Shown piece by piece: positions 1 through 12,259 of a DNA stretch of 64,000 nucleotides (the first letter of the stretch is position 1; each line of letters starts with the position of its first letter). The notes beneath the pieces are model-generated. The model was not told the origin of the DNA, searched no databases, and was given only the letters and a program-made list of their open reading frames with translations. The stretch comes from Octopus sinensis (taxonomy: Eukaryota), in the NCBI RefSeq assembly GCF_006345805.1, contig NC_043005.1:105090001-105154000 (forward strand). Direction: 5' to 3'. The position numbers and the translations under genes were made by a program.

Positions 1-111
1 GATGATGATGGCAATGCTGGTTGTGATGAAGCAGAAAAGAAGGGAAAAAAAGGGGGAGAAATAAATGTAATAGGAGACAGTGAAGAAACACGAAGAAGAA
101 AACGATGTTGT

Positions 112-143
<32 letters not shown>

Positions 144-235
144 GTGATGGTGATGATGATGATGAAGATGATGATGGTGATGATGATGATGATGATGTTG
201 TTGTTGTTGTTGTGGTGGTGGTGGTGGCAGTGGTT
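1..235. repeat. Compound trinucleotide microsatellite (GAT)n/(GTT)n/(GGT)n
   Basis: Visible tandem GAT, GTT and GGT runs at 109-225, with degenerate units upstream. Confidence 0.9.
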
Positions 236-970
236 GCAGGGATGTAGGTGATGCTGAAGAAGTAATACCAAATAACAACAACAACGAGAACAAGAATAGA
301 TCCACGGTTTTCCTATAATTCTAGGAAACTAAAATTTTGAGAAATAATTATGCAAAAGCAAATCCTAAAATATATTAACATAGTTTCAACTTGAAAATAA
401 ATAAAAAATCTGATATAAATATAAAATAAACAATTAATATCATTACGTAATATAATACAATATATTACAATATAATAATAGTACTAGTAAATTATATAAA
501 TATTAATAATATTATAATAATGATAAAGTTTTACAATAATACAATAATTTAATATAATTGAAAAAATTTCTAATTTCACAGCGGAGTAGGAAAAGATGGT
601 GAGAAGCAGCGAGTCAGATGACTGACGACTCTTACGCATAGCCTGTAGTCTTGCAGGCAGAATTCACAGACTTACTGTATTTATCTATTCCCAGATATCC
701 ATTCCTTACCACATACAACAAAGTCAAAAAAAAAAAAAGAAGAAGGAGAAAGAAAAGTAAAAAGCAAAGCAAAGCACTGTTTTTTACCCCCTGAGGATAT
801 AAAAGCAAAAACAAAACAAAACCCAGCAGAAAACAAAGGAAGGGATCACCTCAAACTTCGAGCATACACTTTCGTCCTTACAACATTTCTTACACTTTCA
901 ACCTTACAGCATTCCGCCATATTATCGAAACCTGCAAAACAGATTTCATCGACAAAATTTTCCCTCGCCG

Positions 971-971
971 T

Positions 972-1031
<60 letters not shown>

Positions 1032-1063
1032 TCCTTCTTTCTTTAATTCATTCTTTCTTTCCT

Positions 1064-1126
<63 letters not shown>

Positions 1127-1130
1127 GTCT
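971..1130. repeat. (CTTT)n tetranucleotide microsatellite
   Basis: Long, nearly pure CTTT array with few interruptions. Confidence 0.95.
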
Positions 1131-1279
1131 TGCTTTCTTTCTCTCTTCCCTTCCTTCTTCCTTTTCTTCATTCTTTCCTTCTTTTCTCCTCTATTTCATA
1201 TTTTTATATTCTTCTCCTTTTTGTATCTTCATCGTCTTCCTCATGTCGTCATTGTTTTCATCAAAATTGCCGTCGTTGT

Positions 1280-1315
<36 letters not shown>

Positions 1316-2062
1316 CTTTACCTCTACTTATTTCCTTTGTCTTCCTCTCTTTCCTCTTTATTTTCTTACCATTGCCTGTAGAGAGGTCATTTTGTTCGAT
1401 ATACTTCACTCAATGTAAAGCAACAGCTTGGGCGACCACGATGATCAAGAACGGAAGAGATACGTACCATAGTATCTGGTTAACTTACCTGCAATAAATT
1501 AGTCACTTATTTTGATGTACAATTCTTAAACTGAGAAATTTTCCCTACAGCGAAGAAATTTTAGGTGTCCTGTGGGACAGCCTGGGGATTCCAGGGGGTA
1601 AAATTATTTTTAGGTTGAAAATTCATCAGTTTTGTTGACACTCTTCTTGCCAGATGTATTTTCCTTAATTTCGTTTTTAAATTTTCTTTTCTGCTTTGAT
1701 TCTCTTACTCGTTTCAGTCCTCGGACTGTGGCCATGCTGATGCATCGCTTAAAACGGGTTTGGTCGATTAAGTCGACCTCAGTACGTATTTAAAGTCTAG
1801 CATATATTCTTCACCGGTTTCGTTTCACAAAACGATAAGTTACAAGGGAGCATAAACATAGCAACACTGGTCTTCAAGCGGTGAGAAAGAGAAACACTAC
1901 CTGAAGTCGCACTCACGCACATACACAGATAAATATGTATATAGAATATGTGATTGTTTGTATGTGTGTGTCTGCATGTATAAATAGGATATACATACAT
2001 ACATGCATACATACATATATATATATATACATAAATACATACATACATATATATATACATAA

Positions 2063-2098
<36 letters not shown>

Positions 2099-2109
<11 letters not shown>

Positions 2110-2590
2110 GAGGGCATTATACATACATGCCAGAATGCATTATACATACATGCCAAACGCTAAGAGGGACAATCAGTCATTTCTACCAAAAATATTACTA
2201 ATCCCACCGAATGCAATTTTTCAAAGTAAGACATTTAAAAATATAGACCTGTATCACAGTGATTTCATACTTACATTCAGGCCTGCTGATGATTACGTAA
2301 GTATGAAATCACTGTGATACAGGTCTATATTTTTAAATGTCTTACTTTGAAAAATTGGATTCGGTGGGATTAGTAATATTTTTGGTAGAAATGACTGATT
2401 GTCCCTCTTAGCGTTTGGCATGTATGTATAATGCATTCTGGCATGTATGTATAATGCCCTCTATATATAAATTAATATGTTCAATAAGAAATAATTATTT
2501 TAGAAATTTTTTCTCTTATGAGGTTTTTACGCTATCTACCTGACAATTTCTTGTTAAGTTTTCCTTATTAAGTAGTTGTCCTTAATTGCT
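2099..2590 (+). mobile_element. Fold-back PLE-type (pLTR-like) non-autonomous insertion carrying a hammerhead ribozyme
   Basis: Inverted arms 2099-2274 and 2297-2472 (176 bp, one mismatch seen) with a 22-nt spacer. An unpaired tail 2473-2590 follows, then (TA)n. An HHR motif spans the turn. PLE assignment is inferred from architecture plus HHR. Confidence 0.7.
2279..2326 (+). ncRNA. Type I hammerhead ribozyme motif (minimal, palindromic stem III)
   Basis: Stem I AGGCCTG/CAGGTCT (7 bp incl. one G.U); CTGATGA 2286-2292; stem II TTAC-GTAA-GTAT; GAAA 2305-2308; stem III ATCAC-T-GTGAT; AUA cleavage triplet, predicted cut after 2319. Confidence 0.75.
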
Positions 2591-2609
2591 ATATATATAT
2601 ATATATATA

Positions 2610-3511
2610 ACATTATATATAAGGGCTTAGTAAAATAAATTACTTTGCCACATACTGAACTCATTAGAAATAGCAGCTAAAGAAATTTCTTCAGCTATTT
2701 CTAATACTTAAAGAAGATCTCTCTCAGATAGTGTTTGCCTAAACCAACTCACAAAGGTATTCTTTAAGTATTAGAAATAGCTGAAGAAATTTCTTTAGCT
2801 GCTATTTCTAATGAGTTCAGTATGTGGCAAAGTAATTTATTTTACTAAGCCCTTATATATAATGTAATATTTTGAATTCGCCTAAAATGGTCCCTTTACA
2901 AACTGAATACTTGGTGAAATGATTAATTAAATTAATTTTACCCTCAATGTTGAAATTATAATTCATCTCTCTCTGTTAAATGCTGCGGTTTTCACCGTTA
3001 ATACATGGTGTTTGTCAATTTTAACCCACGCTGGTGGAAAGGGGAGAGCAGAAATTCTTCGCTTGCATATTCGAATTTGGTAGCACTTTTAGTTCGAGCA
3101 GAATTCTAGAAGTGATAAGAAGCCGAAAGGGTATGCTCCCAACTTTCAGTGTTCCCAAATCCGATTCAAGGAATTCTGAGCTGACGAAAGAAATGTCGAA
3201 TTGACTAATCTAGAAACGTACGTTCTCAAATAACCTTTGCACTTGATTTTTTAATGTTTTTTCCCCCATACCTTTGTGAGTTGGTTTAGGCAAACACTAT
3301 CTGAGAGAGATCTTCTTTAAGTATTAGAAATAGCTGAAGAAATTTCTTAGCTGCTATTTCTAATGAGTTCAGTATGTGGCAAAGTAATTTATTTTACTAA
3401 GCCCTTATATATAATGTAATATTTTGAATTCGCCTAAAATGGTCCCTTTACATACTGAATACTTGGTGAAATTGATTAATAATTAATTAATTTTACCCTC
3501 AATTGTTGAAA
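2610..3511 (+). mobile_element. ORF-less retrozyme-like/PLE-derived element: inverted arm plus 1.36 tandem copies of a 553-bp monomer
   Basis: 2760-2955 is directly repeated at 3313-3511 (period 553). 2610-2759 is the reverse complement of about 3268-3416 and forms a 106-bp hairpin with 2760-2865. HHR at 3177-3228; (TA)n on both flanks. Confidence 0.75.
3177..3228 (+). ncRNA. Type I hammerhead ribozyme motif
   Basis: Stem I TGAG/CTCA; CTGACGA 3181-3187; imperfect stem II (AGA..GTC-GAATT-GAC..TCT); GAAA 3213-3216; palindromic stem III ACGTACGT; GUU triplet, predicted cut after 3224. Confidence 0.7.
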
Positions 3512-3539
3512 GTATATATATATATATATATATATACAT

Positions 3540-3691
3540 TCTTTATTTTCTCTCCTTGTTTCTTTCTGTGGAAGAGCGTAGGCTCGGAACGTTAAAAACT
3601 TTTTCACTTCCCGAGCGTTATACTAATACATCTGTTCTTGTCTACACCACCTGTCTTCGTCTTTTGATATTTCTTTTTGTGTGTGATTTCT

Positions 3692-3697
<6 letters not shown>
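3540..3697 (+). mobile_element. 3'-terminal pLTR fragment of a Penelope-like family with a degenerate HHR (3561-3598)
   Basis: CTGTGGA-A-GAGC-GTAG-GCTC-GGAA-CGTT is homologous to the motif at 43633-43671, which lies downstream of a GIY-YIG ORF remnant. Flanked by (TA)n. Confidence 0.55.
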
Positions 3698-3759
<62 letters not shown>

Positions 3760-3774
3760 GTTCAACTTATAGAT

Positions 3775-3870
3775 CAGTAGTTCCCAACCTTTTTCACAGT
3801 GGTTACCAACTGTGGTTCCCAATCCTTTTATTTAAAGTTTTCCCACTGACCCCTTTTAATATACCTATCC

Positions 3871-3907
<37 letters not shown>

Positions 3908-3990
3908 AAATGTTGAATTTAGTTCACGGACCCCTAGTACTACATTTGCGGATCACCAAGGGTCCGAGGACCCCAGGCTGGGAACCACTG
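3775..3990. mobile_element. Non-autonomous hAT (Charlie-like) MITE
   Basis: Termini CAGTAGTTCCCAACC ... GGCTGGGAACCACTG are imperfect TIRs. 8-bp TSD TTATAGAT (3767-3774) / TAATAGAT (3991-3998), 7 of 8 matching. Confidence 0.7.
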
Positions 3991-3992
3991 TA

Positions 3993-4053
<61 letters not shown>

Positions 4054-4555
4054 AAGATAGATAGACAGACATTCCAGCAGACATACACATAATTAAGGAA
4101 GGTTGGCAAAAGAGAGAGAAACTCTGAGTTTATGTCTATTTTATTTCAACACAATGCAGTGGTCACCGGAGGTATAGATGTAGTACTGAAACTGCATTGT
4201 TTTAAAGTAAACTTATTCACACAACTAGGTTTGAGCGTTGTATATTTTACGTAATAAACTGTTTTATACAAGTCTATGAAGACGAATGGCCAAGTGGGTA
4301 GGGTATTGCACACACAATTGCGAGTTGATAGTTCCCGTTTCTGGATCGGGTGGTGCGGTGTACCTGTTCAGGCAACATCGATTTGATGCCGGGAGCGAAC
4401 TAACACTGCACATGATAAACATTTTATCACAAGGAAAAATAATTTGTGCCGCCTGTTCAGCAACATATTGCAGAACTGTCTTTTCCGCACTCCTAGAGAC
4501 TACCATCGTCATACAATACTACCGTTTCCATATCATATATACAGGAAAAATTAGG

Positions 4556-4897
4556 TCTCTCTCTCGTTCGACCGTGGTCGAGACAATGGAATTTACTATG
4601 TTACGCCAGACTTCACTGTCCATCATAGTATTACGGAAGTCCTGTTGCTGGATGCCTGTATCCCTGGAGATTACATCAGGGTAGGAGATTGTGCGTCCTC
4701 TGGTATCGCGAGCAGATGGCTTCCAGAAGAGAAGAGTAGAAATTACCTTGTTTTCAGCTCTACAACAATGTCCAGCAAACTGGACTCTTCTACCTTTCAC
4801 AAGAGATGATACAGGTGGTAATTTCCCATATATTTGTACTTTGGTTAGATGACGCTTCCACGAGATATTTTGAGCTCTCATAAGGAGGCGAGTATGG
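4556..4897 (-). mobile_element. RTE-type LINE 3' end (C-terminus of RT ORF), 5'-truncated
   Basis: Translation HTRLLMRAQNISWKRH..IYGKLP..RRVQFAGHCCR..LLFWKP..RGRT..YPDVISRDTG..VWR matches the characteristic RTE-clade C-terminal motif string. Confidence 0.8.
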
Positions 4898-5703
4898 GTA
4901 AACTGGTAGAGAGGGAGGAAATGTATATAGAAATATCAAGAAATACTAATCTTACGGAGGGGCTGTATTGTATTGTTGATAGCCAAAAACACTGACTTAT
5001 TAATTGCGGTGGTGGAGATTTGAAGCTGAACATATTTACAAACAAAGATCGGTTGAATTAAACAGTCGAGATACTATTGGTCAATAAGGGATTCTTTACG
5101 AAGTACTTCAACCTGCTAGAAAAAGAAATAAAATCTCCCTGAAAACATATCCTAATATATTAAAGCAAGTAAGAGCAACATTAAATGGTTGGCAGGGTAG
5201 TTATGGTTCAAATGCCTTAACTAGTAGGTCTGCATCTACACACATTCAACATACAGAGTTATAGCAAAGAATACTTTTAAATGGCACCTGGCTGAGAATA
5301 TTATGACCTTCATTGGCCAGTTCAGGAAATGGAAATAATTTTATAAAACATCAACGTCGGAGGTTTTCTTTCGTACACGTATCTACGTGGTAGAGCACAC
5401 GGTTGATTGGCGTCAAGTAGTCGGTGACCCGCTGCGACGTGAGTAACTGACGTTCCATGCCACAAGGTAAGAAGTTTGGTGGTGTTAGGTTACATATATA
5501 TATATTTTGCATCTCTACAGCACAACATTTGCGAAGTGCAATTGTAGGCGGGTGTAGCCGCGCCACGCAGAAGAAAAATAATTTCACTATAGGCAAGTGG
5601 AATTATTTTGTGTATGCGTGCGTGCGCTCGTCTAGAACGAGAGAGAAAGAGCGAGAGGGGAGCCAGAGGGAAAAGAAAAGGAAGGGAATGAAAGAGAGAG
5701 AGA

Positions 5704-5746
<43 letters not shown>

Positions 5747-5895
5747 TGGGTGAGAGAGACTTAAATACTGGCATAAAGATGGTAATTCATTGTTACAGAG
5801 TCCAATGACGGGAAGCAGTGAAAGTATAAAACAATACACACACATACAATTATATACGTACAAATATACACACCTATACATACATGTATGGAAGC

Positions 5896-5942
<47 letters not shown>

Positions 5943-5967
5943 TATATATATATTATATATATATATA

Positions 5968-6343
5968 TTATTTCTTTATTGCCCACAGGGGCTAAACATA
6001 GAGGGGACAAACAGGGACAGACAAAGGGATTAAGACGATTACATCGACACCAGTGCGAAACTGGTACTTATTTAATCGACCCCGAAAGGATGAAAGGCAA
6101 TATACATTGAAATGAGGCGAACTGGCAGAAACGTTAGCACGTCTGGCGAAATGCTTAGCGGTATTTCGTCTGTCGTTATGTTCTGTGTTCAAATTCCGCC
6201 GAGGTCGACTTTGCCTTTCATCCTTTCGGGGTCGATTAAATAAGTACCACTTATGCACTGAGGTCGATATAATCGACGTAATCCCTTTGTCTGTCCTTGT
6301 TTGTCCCCTCTATGTTTAGCCCTTTGTGGGTAGGAAAGAAATA
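5968..6343. mobile_element. SINE family B: inverted 3' half (5968-6100, -) joined to a full copy (6116-6343, +)
   Basis: tRNA-like head with B box GTGTTCAAATTCC, central GTCGACTTTGCCTTTCATCCTTTCGGGGTCGA block and TTTGTCTGTCCTTGTTTGTCCCCTC tail. 5968-6100 pairs with 6211-6343. Confidence 0.85.
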
Positions 6344-6474
6344 TATATATATATATTTACATAGACACATAATATGCACGAAGGCACCACATGAACAACT
6401 ACAGAAGTATTTTTGACTTCTATTTTTAGTGATGTAGGTGCTCATGTCGTGCCTTCGTGTGTGTGTGTGTGTGC

Positions 6475-6539
<65 letters not shown>

Positions 6540-6628
6540 TATATTGTATGAATATATTTTATTAATTTGCCTGTACGGCTGATAAACTCGCTTGCCGCAC
6601 GTGATAGTATTTTAATAATATCATCCCT

Positions 6629-6672
<44 letters not shown>

Positions 6673-7160
6673 GCGTAAAACTATAGAGTTGCTTAACAGT
6701 ATAAAGTACGTGTGCGGTATGTAAGCATACGTACACAGCCGTAATGAAATTGTGTACATATTGAAAAAGAGAGGTAGAGAGAGATATAGAGAAATTGCGT
6801 GGGAAAAGGACAGAGGCTGAGAGAGGGGTGGGGAGAAAGTAGGTGAAATAGTAAGAGAGAGAGAGAGGTGAGGTGATAGAGGTATTCGATTTACATTATA
6901 TGGACCCCAATAAATATTGGTGCGATGCCAGATCCCGAAGTAATGCTTAGCAAGTGAATAAGGTTTAAATAGCGTAAACGGAAAAATATAAGTGATAGAG
7001 AAGTCAAAAGGAAATTAAATGTGGAATTTAACACCGGATAGCAACATATATATACTTAAACATATTATATACGTATATCTATTATGAATACATATATATG
7101 TATTTTATATATATCTATTATATGTGTCTATGTTATATATATATATATGAGAGAGAGAGT

Positions 7161-7220
<60 letters not shown>

Positions 7221-8689
7221 GAAGAGACGGCTCTTTTCGTGTGTGATTCTATGTATGTATATTATGAAAAGGGAACAAAGTGAGTTAAACAATGAGACTG
7301 ACGGACAGATGGATATATTACAAGGGTAAAAAAAGAGCAGGTATTGTTGTGTACGTAAGTGTGCATACTTATATATGAGACGCAACTCCATCAAATACTA
7401 CAGGCACACGCACTCACACACTCATAAACTGCAAAACTACACACTTACACACACTCAGATATATGCATATATACATGTACATATAAATGTGCACTGATAT
7501 ATATATATATATATATAATTATATATATATTACACACACGTTTATATATATATATATACTTGATATATGATATATATACGTGTGTGTATATCACTATATT
7601 TATCCATCTAGTTATATCTATATATTTATATATCCATATATATGTGAAATCACAGAATTGGCTACGTACAGAATTCAGTTTGGCTCTTGTGACCTATGAT
7701 ATTAGACATGAATGTAGCTTGCATGCTGTAAAACCAACTATACTGTATTGAAGAGAGAGAGAGGGAGGGAGGGGGGAGAGTGAGAACGCAAAAAAAAAGC
7801 CCGCTTATCATTTGACAGTTAGTTTTTTGTAAAAAACAAGGATGATAAGGATCACTTCTTTTTTTGCACGTTTAAATGCTGTAGGCGCTTCCATGAAACA
7901 TATGGTAGCATCCCTTAAAAAAGGCCAACGTCACACAGGTGGTGCAGTCTAATGCAAATATCTTTGAATTGCTGGTGTCGCCTGATGGCCTGCCTTAAGC
8001 TAATTTCAATACAAACCATGAAATGTGTTTCCTTTTCTTTCTTCTTCTCCTTGGTCTTGCTTTATGCTACTAGAATCAAGAACAAATCTCATTGCTATCT
8101 TTTATGCTGGACACAAGCTTGCCTCGAAGAAACAAGGGAGGGGGAATGAACACGTAAAGACAAAATGTGGGGAAAAAAGATGCTCCAGTATGATCCTACG
8201 TGATCGATCAACCTGCTAGAAATAGCAGCCAAATCCTCTCAATTCTTACAGGCGCCAAAAGATAGAAGATAATGAGTCGCGCAAATGTTATTTGATGTGG
8301 TCCTTGATATATTATGTCTGAACAAAAAATGGATATCCGTCACTGAGGCACCATTAAACATGAGTTTCTTTGACAAGGGTGCGAAACATCAATAACGACA
8401 TAATTAACAGACAACAACAGACACAGTGACCATGGTTTCTATAAACATGATCATCGTAAAACAACCATCATCATCGTCAGCAGCAGCCGCAGTTGCTGCA
8501 ACAGCATCGATGGGCTACTCCCCAGGTGAACAACTCCGAGTATCGCAATAATACTCAGTATGTTGCTATCTTTTTAAGTCAACTGGTAGAAGTGGCCGTA
8601 CTGTTGTTTATTGATCGATCTTAAAATCAAAATGATTTTGAAAAATATCTGGAGCATCGAACTGCGGCCTGCTTTGAGGAATGTTTACC

Positions 8690-8930
8690 TTCGATATCAC
8701 TAACAACAACAACCATTATCGTCATCCTTATCATTACTACCACCACCACAAACATCACCACAACTACCATCACTTCCACTACCACATCCAGCACCAGCAT
8801 AACCATCATAATCTGCCACTGCCTACCATGACCAACTCCATTCTGACGACGACTACCATGACCACCACCAACACAACAATTACCTCTACCTCTACAATCA
8901 TCATCATTGTTATCATCATTATATCTAGAC
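8690..8930. repeat. Cryptic CAY/ACC trinucleotide low-complexity tract
   Basis: Mixed CAC/CAT/ACC/AAC units with no splice or codon-context support for coding. Confidence 0.7.
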
Positions 8931-9789
8931 ACTGGTGATTGGATCCGCTACCCCCCCCCCCCAAAAAAAATCATCCTTATATATCTCGTTCCCCCAGCCC
9001 CATCCCAGTGTAAGAAATATTTGCACAGCTTGATGCTGCAAGAACGCATGGAGCAAAATCTGGCTAAAATGTCTTTCTGTGTCTCAGATTGGTATCTCAC
9101 AGAGCAACGATGCCTTCTGAGTTGGCGCGGTTCATTGTGTAGGCTTAGATATAGATTAATCCCAGTTCTAGCGTTATGCCATCGATCTGAAATGATATCA
9201 TGAGCACCGTCACGCAGTTTCAATGCTGAGAGATCCTTTCACCCCATGGATATACGGAAATAAATAATATAATCAAATAATCTCTACTACCTACGAACAA
9301 TGTTGACAAGAACCTAAACAAGGTGACATATTCCGTACGTTTGTGTATACATTGGTCTGTCGCCTTTATTTATTTGACAGCAAACATTTCGGGAACTGTG
9401 ATCCACACATCAAATTTTGTGACTAGGGCCGAGGAATGTAAACCGCGCATGTAAGTACAACGTGAATTTTTATCATATTTATTACCGCAAGGTATGGCCC
9501 TAATAAAAGAGAAATCTGGGTCCCAGATGTATTAACATCAGACATGTCTCGTTTAGGCACAAAGACAGCAATCTCAATGGAAGGTCAATACCATCGACAA
9601 CGGTACTTGACTGGTACTTTATTTTACGACCCCGAAGTGATGAAAAGCAAATTTGACTCCGGTTGTATTTGAACTCAGAACTTAAAGATCCAGAATAAAT
9701 ACTGAAGGCATTTTTTGTTTTTACTCAAGATCTATCGATTCTGCTAGCTCATCATCACTCATTATGAATTAATAATTATGGTATTAATA

Positions 9790-9995
9790 AGGCAGAATCG
9801 TTACCATGCCGGGCAAAATGCTTAGCGACACTCCGTCCGTCTTAATGTTCTGAGTTCAACTTCCGCCCCAGTCGACTTTACCTTTCATGCTTTCAAGATC
9901 GATACGACAAATACTAATTGAGCACTGGGGTCGATGTAATCGACTAGCTCACTCCTCAAAAATTGCTGGCCTGGTGCCAAAATTAGAAGCTAATA
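9790..9995 (+). mobile_element. SINE family B, older variant with alternative tail
   Basis: Diverged head and central block; tail CTCCTCAAAAATTGCTGGCCTGGTGCC instead of the usual tail. A reverse-strand remnant lies at about 9590-9700. Confidence 0.65.
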
Positions 9996-10426
9996 ATTAT
10001 TTTATTAATACAGAAGGTGGCACTCCCCAATTCGTGACCCCCCCCCCATCGACTGCCCTTGTCAGTCATTTGTAAAACGGGACTGGAACGGGGCTAACGG
10101 AACATAACACTGGTCGGTTCCAAACTTTATTCCTCTCCGGCTGATCACACATATATAACTTAGATGTATTAAATTTCCATTAACAATAGAGCGACACCAA
10201 AATAATTGGCCAAAATAATTTCAAAACTTTCCCTGTTATAACTCAAGCCCCCTTCGTCCGGGTATAACTTCCGGACCCCTGCGCCGGCTCCAACGCGGTC
10301 AGTGCATACTTACCAATGTGCTATATAAATGTGAGGTAGTTACGCATAATGGCTCCAACAGTAACCCAGGGAAGCAGCGCGTTTCGATGCATAAGCACTC
10401 CTTCTCCAACCTGGAACTTAGACACT

Positions 10427-10845
10427 TTATTTCTTTATTGCCTACAAGGAGCTAAACACAGAGGGGACAAACAAGGACAGACAAACGAATTAAGTCGATT
10501 ACATCGACCTTAGTGCGTAACTGGTACTTAATTTATTGACCCCGAAAGGATGAAAGGCAAAGTCAACCTCGGCGGAATTCGAACTCAGAACGTAACGGCA
10601 GACGAAGTACCTATTTCTTTACTACCCACAAGGAGCTAAACACAGAGAGGACAAACAAGGACTGACAAACGGATTAAGTCGATTATATTGACCCCAGTGC
10701 GAAACTGGTACTTTATTTATCGCCCCCGATAAATAAAAGGCAAAGTCAACCTCGGCAAAATTTGAACTCAGAACGTAACGGCAGATGAAATACCGCTAAG
10801 CATTTCGTCCGGCGTGCTAACGATTCTGCCAACTCGCCGTCTTCA
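10427..10845 (-). mobile_element. Dimeric SINE family B insertion
   Basis: Full monomer plus a headless second monomer, flanked by a 14-bp TSD GGAACTTAGACACT (10413-10426 and 10846-10859). Confidence 0.9.
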
Positions 10846-11164
10846 GGAACTTAGACACTCTACTTCCTTAGCTGAATATGTGCACGAGTTAAACAATAAT
10901 AGGGTTAGTCATGAATTGTATTAGTGGTGGGCGTCCATGTTGATTATGTACCAGTAAAACTTTAGAAACTATTTTGGTCAGCAGCAAACGCAACCTTAGT
11001 AAACGCAGCAAAATAGGGATCTACTGCCTCCACACAAAGAGTAGGACATCCCGATGTTACGCGTCGAAAAAGTACCTGAACCACGGTGATGCGCGATAGT
11101 ACGTAAATGAATCCCCCCTTTAACATGCGGGTTCGACCAGGTGTGTCTCACGGTTATCACACAG

Positions 11165-11634
11165 TGTGTGTGTGTGTGTGTATTTTCAACAAACAAGTTG
11201 AGTATGTTGAATTTGGCCATCCATTCAATACATTCAAGTAGAAAATCATGTATGTGTCTGCGTCGTGTATAATCATAACGAAGAAAAATCTGACAGTGAC
11301 CTCGAAGTTTCGCTTAAGTTTTCTAGTTAAAATAAGATATAATATTCAACTTAAATGTGTATGTATCTATGTGTGTGTATCTGTGCGTATGTGTGTGTGT
11401 GTGTGTGTATTTTCAACAAACAAGTTGAGTATGTTGAATTTGGCCATCCATTCAATACATTCAAGTAGAAAATCATGTATGTGTCTGCGTCGTGTATAAT
11501 CATAACGAAGAAAAATCTGACAGTGACCTCGAAGTTTCGCTTAAGTTTTCTAGTTAAAATAAGATATAATATTCAACTTAAATGTGTATGTATCTATGTG
11601 TGTGTATCTGTGCGTATGTGTGTGTGTGTGTGTG
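11165..11634. repeat. Exact 227-bp tandem duplication bounded by (GT)n tracts
   Basis: TATTTTCAACAAAC starts at 11181 and 11408; the provided ORFs at 11248 and 11475 share an identical start. Confidence 0.9.
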
Positions 11635-12259
11635 TGTGTGTGGTTGTGTGTATGTATAAAGTGATCGATTGATGCACATGTTTATAAACACACACACACA
11701 CACAGAGCACAACACAAATGTATTACTAATTCACTCTTAATAATACTTTTTATTCATCAGCGTATATTTTATTACCAGCATCCTCAGAATACTTGACTCA
11801 AATGACACTGAATTATAAAGCTAACGTCATCTCTGCTGCAGGGCTGACTGGTTCCATTTCATTTGGCAGCTGGAATTTCAACGCTGTTCACAGATCATTT
11901 CCTGATGGTTTAGAATTTCAGAGATGAAAAGTTTTGAAAACCTCTCCGAGACGTTTACAAATGTTCTGTGTCTCAGACGGAATGACACATTACACACAGA
12001 CAGTATATATAAATATGCATGTATATTTGTATACATACATGTGCATGTATGTTCAAAGTTTAACACACAGCTCTAGAAACCAAGACATAAACGCATGCAA
12101 AGACGCACAGTGGCGAACATATATATCTTTTTTTAGTTGATCACATGAGTCTCAGGATTTATTTTATCGATCTCGTTTTGTCTAACTGCTAATTCACAAG
12201 ACATGCTGTGATAGAACACAATGTAGAGTTTTACATCCGCCCCACCAACACACACACAT

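Noticed and set aside
1483-1505. Minus-strand GACTAATTTATTGCAG|GTAAGT, resembling a recursive (zero-length exon) splice site
   Set aside because: The putative branch point is only about 11 nt from the AG, the pyrimidine tract is weak, upstream frames are closed, and one such motif in 128 kb of both strands is plausible by chance. Needs RNA-seq.
8681-8938. His/Thr-rich ORFs suggesting a metal-binding protein
   Set aside because: Cryptic trinucleotide simple repeat similar to 63120-63420, with no splice or homology support.
10314-10410. Minus-strand 97-nt candidate exon (CAG|..|GTAAGT) overlapping an HHR-like TTGGAGA..GAAACGCG
   Set aside because: The one open frame gives no recognisable protein. 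The HHR-like string has two core mismatches, a broken stem III and no stem I. The nearby ATACTTACC match to the U1 5' end is only 9 nt.
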